Assembly: GCA_045837725.1 (NCBI GenBank)
Contig: JBEWZL010000272.1
Coordinates: 62,001-126,000, forward strand
Direction: 5' to 3'
From: Vermamoeba vermiformis
Taxonomy: Eukaryota
DNA: 64,000 nucleotides
A program made the translations under genes and the position numbers. Position 1 is the first letter of the stretch. Each line of letters begins with the position of its first letter. Below, one piece after another: positions 11,248 to 21,918 of this stretch. Under the pieces are notes generated by a model that was not told the DNA's origin, made no database searches, and saw only the letters and a program-made list of their open reading frames with translations.

Positions 11248-12698
11248 TCACATAATCACGTAGTTACTAGGATCGTCTTTTGAGTTTTCCCGCAACAGCG
11301 ATTGCAAAGTGCTGCGGAACGTGTTCACGAGCGCTGCTTTGAAATCGTACGCAGCAATTTGTGAGAAAGTTAGTTCTTTGTTCCAGTTCAGTTCAACGAT
11401 ATTGTGCAGCCATCCGTGGCTGATGGTGCCGGGCAAGCTGTACACGTAGATGTTCGGTGTCAAGTACTGATACGCGTACAACAAGTCTTGCTCTAACTCC
11501 TCCCAGCAACCATATTGCGTAGGAATGCTCGAATTCATCGGATCTCCTCCGGTAGTTCCGACAGCTGTAAAGAAATTCATGCAAAGTTAAAAAGATATGT
11601 GCGAACTTTTGACACGTGTCATGTTGACGTACCAACAGCGGGCAGTCCAGCGCCGTAAGACTTCAAGAAACCAATGCCAAATGGCAAGCCACTCGTATAC
11701 AGCATCGGTACCTCCACGTCGACTGATGGCACGTCCACGAGACCTAACAGTCGCTCCAACACAGTGCTGCTGGCCTTGCGCTCGTCGTAAATGAACGGGA
11801 AGATGTAACTCTCAGCACGATAGCCATCGGACTTGATTTGCTTCACTAACGACGCGTACTACAATAAATAGCGTTAGATCGTGTTGTCTTTACCTTACTT
11901 GACGTACTGTTGCTTTGGCATCCGCTAACACTTGCGGATGTTGTAATCGGTCAGCCACTTCATTTATAAACGTAGCAAAGTTGCCATTCGCAAGCATAGT
12001 GACTTCTTTAAAGTCAATCTCCAAGTCTAGACCAATTGCCTCCCATTTTAAGCCGTTTTGTCGCGTCCAAGTCCGAAACTGTCAAATTGTCAGTGCGGAT
12101 CAATTACGTAATGTTCGATAATATTCGAGAGGCTTTACGTACTTGCTTATACATGCTAACAAATGTATTGGCGTTGTTTATATTGGCCCAATAGCCCTGA
12201 GTGTAATTGACAACTAGCCAAGCAGATGTCGAAATATTATTTTGATTCAATGTGCGAATAAAATTGGCACGCTCGGCTGATAAGTCTCTTATAGCAACAC
12301 TAATTAAAAGAACATATCAATACCTCAATAGCTCTGGACGTACGCCAAAAATTTTGTTCAATGGATATGACACGGTGTCAAAAACAATAGGAATTAAATT
12401 TACTTTAATGAACAATAGCAAGAATAATGTAAATGCTGAGATGATTCTTTTTTTGCATTATTAGTAAATAGATCACGAGATGTCAACAAGTAATCTAATA
12501 AATTAGGAGAGCTTACCTGACCGTAGCATTCAATAAATATAACGCTTTAAGAGTAGCTCTATCCGTCACAACTGGAATAGTATCAAGATCTACTTCGCAA
12601 AAGAAGGTCAGCTTTGGCGTGGGTGCAGATCCAGCAAATAGTGATGTGATCGCTAATGAGAAGAAAATAAATATCAATATTAATAAGCTGTGTTTCAT
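11248..12698 (-). CDS. Secreted protein, probable TIM-barrel/glycoside-hydrolase-like; one apparent frameshift near 12260
   Basis: Signal peptide MKHSLLILIFIFFSLAITSLFAG. Spliced product contains AWLVVNYTQGYWAN, IGLDLE, FPFIYDER, EVPMLYTS, AVGTTGG, IYVYSL. Confidence 0.7.
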
Positions 12699-12941
12699 AT
12701 TGGCTGCCTTTTGACTCTAATGCACAGATGCACAACAAGAAAAGGTAATCGAAATGTTTTTGAGATTTACGCGACGATTCATTCTGACAAAAATAATATC
12801 TTCAGCGCCGAAAGGAAGACAACAATGCATTACAAATCTTAAGATCTTCGTGTGAAGATATTTTGTAAATGTGGGAAAGCCACCATAAAACGTGAGATTG
12901 TTCGTGAAACAAATCACTCCGAAACAATACATTAGACCACG

Positions 12942-14539
12942 ATGCTGAAGATAATATTGTTGGCGAGTGTTTTGCTCGTAGGATTGGCCTCGTGCAATAT
13001 TGAGGAAGAAAGTAAGTCTTAGTTTATTTTCAGATCCGACAGTTCACTTGATCGTCATCAAATATTATAGGTACTTATATTATATACAGATATGTTCAAA
13101 TCTTTCATGGCACAATATAACAAAAATTATGGCACGCTGGAAGAGCAGAGCATCCGGTTCCAAAACTTTCAGGTAAATTATTAGAGCTTTAGTAGTAAAA
13201 ATACTATTATAGCAGCGATGGATCGATATAATTATTACCATTGAGCGCATTAATCACGATAAAATTGCAGATGTCGTTGCGAAAGGTCGAAGAATTAAAC
13301 AAACAATCCAAAGGCATTGTCTATACTATTAACGAGCATGCAGGTAATATACCTCCGCTTGCTTGTTTTATTTTCTCTAACCTTTTCTCAAGATATGAGC
13401 GACGAAGAATGGCGAAGCTGCTTTGTTATGCCAACCCAGGTTGTTCCGGAAAGAAAATCAAAAGCAAACGATAATAACATTGATATCGATACTCTATATG
13501 CTAACAGCAGCATTGACTGGTACGAACTTAAGTTTCGAATCACACGCACCCAAAATAACAAGACGATCTCCTAACTTTAGGCGAACACGCGGTGTAATCA
13601 CTGCCGTAAAGGATCAAGCTTCATGTGGAAGGTAATACCATCACCACTATTCGATAGATACATTTTATTAATCCAATCTGTAGCTGCTGGGCCTTTGCAG
13701 GAAGTGAAGGCATGGAAACTGCTTGGATCATGGCTGGCCACGCCAATGACTCATTAGAATTGTCTCCACAACAGCTCATTGATTGTGACTCGCGCTCTAG
13801 TGGCTGCAAGGGTGGTTATCTCTCTGGTGCTTACATTTATGGTACGCATCACATCCGCCGAAAAAACGGGACCGCGGATTACCTATTTATTACCTATTAT
13901 AAGCTAATAGCTACGTAGGTCAACGCACCGGCCTTATGAGTGAATTGGACTATCCTTATGTCGCTTCTAACCAAGGCAAATGCTTCCTGAACTCCTCAAA
14001 GATCGTGGCACGCATGGAACGATTTAGCTCACTTTACGTACGTTATTGTAACCGTGCAACTTACCGTTGAATAAGCCACGTGCTAATAGTAGCATATAGA
14101 CCGAACAAGACATGATGAAGTATGTGGCCTCGTCAGGACCTGTCACGTAAGTTCTTGATCACGTTCTGAGCGGATCTGATCCGTTAAACGCACTTGCAAG
14201 TACAGCCCTAACACGTTCTTATTGTAGTGTCTGTTTGAACGCGACAGTTGAGAACTGGCGTTATTATCACTCCGGTGTGATGTCCACTGACTTGTGTCCC
14301 TCTACGTACCAAGTCAATCACTGCTTGCAAGTCGTCGGCTTCAGCATGGAAACTAAGCCCTTCTATTGGATTGTTCGAAACAGTTGGGGCTCATGTAAGT
14401 GGTGCACATCTCGTGTCTCGCGACGGCTGTTTCTAACCTGTTTTTGTTAGGGTGGGGCGATAGAGGCTACTTGAAGTTAGAAATGTTCAAAAACACGTGT
14501 GGTATCTCTAATCAGATATATTGGGTCTCTGCCGTGTAA
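12942..14539 (+). CDS. Papain-family (C1A) cysteine protease with I29 propeptide
   Basis: Signal peptide; spliced VKDQASCGSCWAF, LSPQQLIDCD, GCKGG, NHCLQVVG, WIVRNSWG. Confidence 0.95.
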
Positions 14540-14651
14540 GATAAACCGATTTGTGAATCCGGATCGCGGATCAACATTTGAACACATCTCCTTATGAAGA
14601 CATACTGCGGACTTATCATATAGTCAATATTACGGTAGATATCCGGGTCTC

Positions 14652-14910
14652 GTAACTACGTAAGTGACTGTAGTAACATTATTTTTCCGAATTACAACGG
14701 TCCGTCGCGGTGAAATAGAAGCTACAACGGAGTTGTTATAAACTCCGAATGTAACCGCCCCCAAGTCTATAGATGATAGTGACTAGTCGCTGAAAGTGGC
14801 TACCTTGCGCATTATCGGACAGAACTAAAAAGAAATGGAGATCTTGGATCCAGTTTCGCTTCACATTGCGCGGGAGACTCCGCGACACTACAACTTACAC
14901 ACGTAGTTAC
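14652..14910 (+). ncRNA. Candidate structured non-coding element of unknown class
   Basis: Nested complementary pairs 14652-61/14901-10, 14669-74/14887-92 and 14704-10/14880-86, plus internal stems; two stems need G-U pairs on the + strand. Confidence 0.35.
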
Positions 14911-15715
14911 ATTAGTTATTAATTAATTATTGAAATTGGGCGGCATTAACTCCTTCATAAGTTTGGCGCCATTGGTTGGCACGTGTCGCTAAAGATTTTT
15001 TTGGTCCGATATTCTTTGCTTGATTCAAAATATCTCGAGCTCAAGTGAGAATTATGCTTTTAGTTTCGCTATACTATCAACACCACATTAGTACATTTGA
15101 AAATAAGGCTAAAACTCTAATTCCCGATTGTGTACGTATTTGGTTTGCCTTTAAAGCGTCAACCATAGAGTTAATTAATTTACATCACTATTCGTTAAAT
15201 GTGGATTGTTTTATCAGATTGAAGTTTCGACAAAGAGGTCAGATCGAGCAGAAATGTGGCAAACTTTATAAATCAATGCGATACGACCTGTCATAAATTG
15301 AAACGATGTCCATAATTCTCGATTACATAGAATACTAAGCATATATAATCTTCGAAAATGTGCGTAAGTTTACAGATCCGCAGTTCGATCTGTCAGAACT
15401 TTTGGTTGGCGGAGAGTTGCCCGTCTCGGCTACAAGTACTTTTTCGTAGTGTTGCGCAAAGATATTTCGACCAAAAACGAGCGGTGCCATTTAAGTCCGC
15501 CATCGCTAGCTTCTCGAAGTTTTTATCCGATTTTCGGTCAAAATCCTTCGGAAAACGCGAAAATCACATGGAAAACAACAGCAGAAGATTTAGGCGCCGA
15601 AGTTTCGAACGGTCAGTATTAGTGAACACAACGAGTGAGCTACCACACGTGCAGCTCAACAACCTTAGCAACGACCCTTCGTTCCGCTGTCGATCTTACT
15701 CTTGTAAATAGTATT

Positions 15716-17201
15716 ATGGTACGTGGATCCAAACAAGACTCAATATACTTTTGCAACGCATAATATAATGGAATTGGACATATTACTCAACAATGACGCT
15801 AGAAAAATGAAGATTAACAAAATTTTTAAAGGCGGGCGATAAATCTGACACCTCATCGGCACCTGCGAAGCAAGAGACGTTCAAATCAGAAAAGAAGAAT
15901 GTGTACCCTAGTGCCTCTGACATTAAGGTACCGTACAGAAATGATTCAAATTTAATTTAGTTTCAAACTTTTGGCGTTGCCAATAATTAAAAATTGGCGA
16001 TCCGGATTGGAACCTTAAGACAAGTACATGACCCTCACTGAGGTTCTATGTACTTGTTAAAAATACTTCGCGTTTAGTCTTTAGGCCCTCAGCCTTGGCC
16101 ATTTAATTCCGGGCAGATGTATATGTGAGTTCATTGGCCACGTGCGTATACGCCGGCCTGATGGACTCACAACGTACTATTACCTCATCATTATACTCAA
16201 CTCTATCATTTTCAACAAATATAAAATTGAAATTGGACTATCTAGAATTTTCTTGAACTGAAACCCGAATCTAACCAAATTTGTACTATAGTGGCAAGTC
16301 TTCTTGATGCAGATCGCAGGTCCTTTTGTTTTAAATGCACTTATCAACGGTGGTGTGACATATGCTCTTTACAACGATAACCCCTCGAGTAAGTACTCTA
16401 ACCTCATGAATTCTGATCTCCGTAAAGTTAAAATATCGCGCACTTTCACTTAAATACCATAGTATCAAGATAGTTCAAGTTTAAATTCGACTAAAGGCAG
16501 CAACGTCACTATCGTCTGTTCAGATTTAAATCTTTAGCGCTAAATTTGGCAATTTTCTGACTTTAACTAACGCAACCTTTAGTTCCATTATTCGGCTTTC
16601 CCAACGGCTTGGCGGCTCCAGACGTCGTAGTGACATGCTTTTTAACTGGCCTATTGACTTGGATCATTACTGGCAGTCTCGCATCTCGGGAATTCCGCAT
16701 CAAGCAACGCGATTGGAGTCACGTCCATATTAAGACTCCTGGCATTTGTATAAACCTTGGGTGGATCCACAAGCATTTCTTGCGTACTGAAGACTTATTT
16801 AAGAAGCATAAGAGCGCTAAGAAGTTCTTCACTATTCTCGGCAAAGTTTTGTTACGAGGTACGTACATTCGGATGCGGTTCAACTCATCGGTATTATGGA
16901 CTTCAATACTGACCTCAATCGTTTAGGTTTCTTCTTCGCCATTGCCGTTACAATTCTTTTCGGCCCACTTTGCGTGGTGATCTTGCTAGCTGTCGATTGG
17001 TACGTGGGCCTCTCGTTCAATATTATTGGTGCTATGGTCTTCAAGTGCATGTTCGGTGGCTGCTTGGGCACATTTTTGTCGTTATTTGTGTTCTATTTGG
17101 CCTTGCTGAAGAAATGCGAGAAAGAAGTCGAAGACGAGGAATCTGGTCACGAAGCCACAACTATGGAGAATAAGAAGGAGAATATCTCCACTAATGTATA
17201 G
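15716..17201 (+). CDS. Multi-pass membrane protein of unknown function (reminiscent of fungal DUF2456-type proteins)
   Basis: ATG-only first exon, then exons at about 15831-15927, 16292-16388, 16583-16858 and 16927-17201 giving four hydrophobic segments. Confidence 0.6.
16015..16174 (+). ncRNA. Candidate intronic H/ACA-like RNA
   Basis: Hairpin, ANANNA box, hairpin and ACA in order inside a 364-nt intron. Confidence 0.3.
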
Positions 17202-17428
17202 AAGGCGCCTGGTAACAGTTTTGATACGTACACGATCTCAACCAGAACCATTTTTAATGCCAATTTTGGATCGGTATTAGAGATGATACCGTGATTAGGC
17301 TTTAAAAATGTATATATTGTAAATAGCTGAATATTTATTTATCGCGAATAAAAATCAAAGCTCTATTGAGCTCATTTTGGATATTAACTCGCTAAATAAG
17401 ATTTTTATTACGTTGCAATAGCCTCGCA

Positions 17429-17852
17429 CTAGGATTGCGATTGTTTTTTCTCATATTCTTGTTCTATTTGCAATTCCCGTTCTTTTTGGGCATGAAGCAG
17501 TTCTCTATGCCTCTTCTCAGCTTGAAACAACATTTCACCAGGCATTACGCTGTGATTTTCTTCGTCGATCTGCGACTGGACACCTTTAAGCAATCCTTTA
17601 TCGCCTAAATGTTGCTTTTCTTCATAGTTGTCAACGCCCGCTGGGTATTGGTTCTCTAATACAGCATTACAAACGTAATTTGCTAATAACGTACTTACGC
17701 ATTGTGTTGTCTGCAATTGATTCTTTAATTGAATGACCGACTTGATGAGAAATTGCTCTATGAAGCGAATAAAACTCTTTTCGTTTGATTCTCGTCGATA
17801 AGAAATAAATTTTCAAGTTTTTGCTGAGATTTCTGAGTGTGGCATGACGCAA
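17429..17852 (-). CDS. Small hypothetical protein, 5' end unresolved
   Basis: Two ORFs joined by a GTAAGT..TAG intron near 17657-17699; charged C-terminus. Confidence 0.4.
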
Positions 17853-18275
17853 TATCAGACCTTTTAAAGGCTATTCGCCTTTGCACTTCGAACTTCGGCT
17901 GCTTCGTTTGATAGTCTGGTCGGAAGAAAAAATCGTGCCGTCGATGACAAGTACGGCCGACTGAAGCGGGCTTAAGACAAGCGAATGAATGGCTCAACGC
18001 TCATGCGTGCCTTGATAGTGCTTTAAAGTCAATCGGAATTGCACGCCGTAAAATCGACCTGATCCAAATTGTGGATCGTGCTCATTTTTCATTTGCTAGC
18101 ACGCCATGGCTGAACGTAACCACAACTCGTGCTCCTCGAACAACAACTAAGCGAGGAGACAAAATATACGTCATATTAGATAGAAGAATAACAAGCGAAG
18201 AAGTTAACCGAACCTAAAAACCGATTTAGAACGAAGATCTGATCAACCCAAAACAAGCGCGAATAATTTTTAAAA

Positions 18276-18999
18276 ATGAGTCACTCACGCAAACATATGA
18301 CGCAAGGCTATAAAAATAATTTTCCCGAGCCTAAACCTACCGAGAAAATAGGACGAGTCATTGAACTTCGTGGATCGAATCAGTGCGAAATCGAATATCC
18401 AAATGGAGAAAGGGTGCTCGTTAAGTTCCCTGCCAAATTCAAAAAATTGCTGTGGATTAAAAGAGGTAATAATTGACGACTCAATTAACTCGGTTTTGCG
18501 ATTCTGGATTTGATCGCCAGCGCAACCCGACAAATCAACGTGAGGCTTACCTTTGTTACTAGGCGATTATTTGATTGTGGAACCTTTCAAAGACATGTCC
18601 GCTGGTAAAATTAAAGGCCAAGTGTCTCATCTGCTGCTCCCCGAGGATGTCGAGCATCTGCAGGAGGAAGACATGTGGTAAGTGTCTTGGTATCTGTAAG
18701 CTATGTCTCCTTGCCCTACTTACTCGCGCAATAGGCCTGAAGAGTTCGTCATTGAAACTGCCAAGAAGGAAGCCAAGGAGACCGCCACATCCACCGGTCA
18801 GGAGTTCGAGTACCAAGATTCCGACGACGAGCTTGGCGAGTTCATCAATCCCAATCGTATCGGTGTTCAAGATGACTCCGATGATGAAGAGGACGATGAT
18901 GAAGACGAGGAAGATGAGGAGAACCAGCAGAGTGGTGAAGAAGAAGTCGAGGACGAACACGAGCAGATTGAGGGTGACGAGGACGAAGATGATAATTAA
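18276..18999 (+). CDS. EIF1AD: eIF1A-domain RNA-binding protein
   Basis: IGRVIELRGSNQCEI, FPAKFKKLLWIKRGDYLIVEP, WPEEF and acidic tail; 3 exons. Confidence 0.9.
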
Positions 19000-19209
19000 A
19001 GCAAAAATTATTTGTAATAATAATATACAACGATGCGAACATTAAGCTCGCTTCGTGGTGAATTTAAAAACGTGTAGATAGCGAAAATAAAAAATTATTA
19101 TTTCAATCCAAAAAAAACTTTCAAAAATTAGATATTTATTTAAACAAGGTTATTTTGCATACCCAATGAATGGTGTGTCGTCCATATAATTAGGCTATTA
19201 ATTATTGGC

Positions 19210-19633
19210 TTAAATGCGGAGTCTGTACTTGATTTCTTGAATTTCATCTTCGAGGTCACGAATCTTGCCCATGACTTCCTTTCTCAATAAGCGGATCTTA
19301 GAATCGACATCACCACCGCCGAGGTCAGAATCAGAGCTAGCATTAACATTGGTATTGCCCTTCAATTGTTCATCTTGGGTCTTGAGGCGTTGGTCCTTTT
19401 GCTATAGGGAAGATAGGTGAGCATTGGTAAAGTCAATAATTATTATGTAGCGAGTAGTAGGTACATACTCTAATTTCCTCACGCAATTTCTCAATGAGCT
19501 TCTTCTCGTGCTCACGGATGGCGTGATCTTCCAAAGCCTTCTCGCGCTTGCCCATGGCGTCGTTACTGTCAACTTGACGAGTAGTCATGGGACGGCGGAT
19601 AGTCATAAGACGCTTGAAAGTGGTGCTGAGCAT
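19210..19633 (-). CDS. ATP5IF1: Mitochondrial ATPase inhibitor IF1-like protein with C-terminal extension
   Basis: Presequence-like N-terminus, then DAMGKREKALEDHAIREHEKKLIEKLR; second exon about 19402-19210. Confidence 0.75.
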
Positions 19634-20024
19634 TGTGTTGTTGTTGTGTTTGTAATAGATTGACTAAGGTAATTTGACGAAAAACGATTTTTGGCCGAAG
19701 TTTCATGAAAAATACGGCAAAACCACGTGACGACTGCACATCGAAGCCCCTTCGCATTATTTTTCGGCCGGCCATTGCTTCTCCGTCGTGTGATGTAGAC
19801 TACATAGCTCTCATATGAATCGCTTCGTCTCAGCTGAGTTTGGAGTTTGGATGTGGCTTCTGCTACAGCCTCCAAGATTTGGTGCCAAATTAATTCTTGA
19901 AATCGTGTGATGCGTAAATTGGTAAAGATCAACGAATTATGTCACGGCGCAAAATCGCAAGGACGGGCCGCGCAGCAATTTTTTAGTTTAATTTAATTAG
20001 CTTTGCTAACACAAACACAAGACG

Positions 20025-21186
20025 ATGTCAAGCAAGAAGAGAAACGATTCTATGGGCCAAGAAGAGCGCCAAAAGCATATTGATGCCCTTAGAGAGCGCA
20101 TCCAGAATAACAAATGGACTGAGAAACAGCCAGTAAATGAAAAAGACATCCAACGGTTATCAGACAGTGATTACCTTCGTTTCCTCAAAGCTCGAAATTT
20201 TAAACAGGACGATGCATTTAAAATGCTTTCGAACTACTTAATTTGGCGCAGAGAATTTGGCGTTGGAGAGATCAAGCGCGAGCAAATCCAGGACGAACTC
20301 GCATTAAAAAAGACTTTCTTCTATAACTATGACAAAGAAGGGCGTTTGGTAGTTTATGTGCGCGTGGGCATGCACAAGGTAAATACCAAGCAATTAACTA
20401 CATCCAGATTTAGAATTCTATCAATTTAACGACTTTTGGAAAATCTGTCACTAATATTATTGCTTAGTCTAACGATGAAAGACTCGATAAATGCAAAAGG
20501 ACAGCAATTTACTTGATGGAGAAAGCTTGCGAAGTTCTGCAACCAGATGTGCCTTGTATCACGCTTATTTTTGATATGAACGGCTTCTCAATGTCGAATA
20601 TGGTAATTATTTTATCGAATTTATAATATTTCTAATTCATAACCCCCAATATCTGCCATAAATCTGATACAAAATGTGTTTCGCGTGGGATCCATCGTAG
20701 TCCGAACAAAATCTCTAACTTTGCCTGATTATAGGACTATAAATTGGTCAAGTTCTTGATTGATATGTACGGTAATTACTATCCTGAGCGCCTTGGCAAG
20801 TGCTTGGTCGTGGATTCGCCTTGGATCTTCTCTCCGTGTTTCACTTTGATTAAGTAAGACTACTATTCTACTTTTGCATCAAGATAGTAATATATATTCA
20901 TATCATGTTAACATTGATCGACAAATGGTGTTTGCTAGTAATTAATTGACAATTTATTTTAAGGCCGTGGCTGGATCCTGTTACCGCGAAGAAAATTATG
21001 TTCATTAAGAAGGCACAGATTAAGGAGCATGTTGACTCGTCAGTATTATTGACGATTTGCGGTGGCGATGATGCGTGGGAGTTCCAGGACGACATGGTGA
21101 ATGACGAAGGTGGACCATTATTGGAACTTCACCGCAATTTACTGGCGCAAAATAAGTCAGCGCTGGAGACTATTACTGAAAATTAA
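20025..21186 (+). CDS. CRAL-TRIO/Sec14-like lipid-binding protein
   Basis: YLRFLKARNF, YDKEGRLVVYVR, IFDMNGFSMSNMD, YYPERLG, PWLDPVTAKKI. Confidence 0.92.
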
Positions 21187-21918
21187 TATGACCTTCACGG
21201 CACTCACTGGAGAGGGCTGTAACGTAAGTTCTTTTTGGCTAGTTACAGTAACCGAACGGCATTTGCAATTATGACAGTTGTAATTAATAATCTTCGTTGT
21301 AATATAAAATAATTATTTTAAAAGAGGGTTTTGACTTCGGAGATTTGTCCTGACTTCCTCGATCCGTGTCATATCCTTGTCTTTCTTGACGATCGTGCCA
21401 ATATTAATTGGAATGAGTTCTATGTTGCCATTGTGGCTGAGGTGAGTTTCAAATAAGTTCACAATGGCTCTTCAAGAAAAATGAAATTAGCTGAAAAGTG
21501 CGAAAAATAAATTCAGCGTTTGTTTGCAACGGCAATTCTGTATAATGAACATATTAGAAGTGAGGTAGCATAGCATTGCGATATTGTTGAAGAAGACAAA
21601 CGCGGCGAATCGATTCGTCACGCGCCAATGAAAACTCACTTATTTAACTTGACGGAGCCTCTTTTTACATTTTAAAGCGTATATGTAAGTAGCAAACAAT
21701 ATTGTAAGAGTTGTATTGTCATCCAAAGAATTAAGTAATTAAAATGAACCAACAAAAACTGCAAGGTATTTTTTTCCGCACAATTTTTTTATACCCGAAC
21801 AATACGTGCAATACAACATCTAATTAGTGCGATCGATATATTGTATTTTTGTTTAATTTTTCCTTCAATCATTACTACTTTAAGACGACACTAACCAAGT
21901 GTACTCTATCTCGAACAG

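Noticed and set aside
14594-14880. Resemblance to the U3 snoRNA 5' end, TPP or cobalamin riboswitch, and RNase MRP
   Set aside because: Only short partial words match; required boxes are missing or out of order.
15045-15711. ORFs 15045-15296 and 15358-15711
   Set aside because: No recognisable motifs; the region looks like promoter or UTR of the downstream membrane-protein gene.
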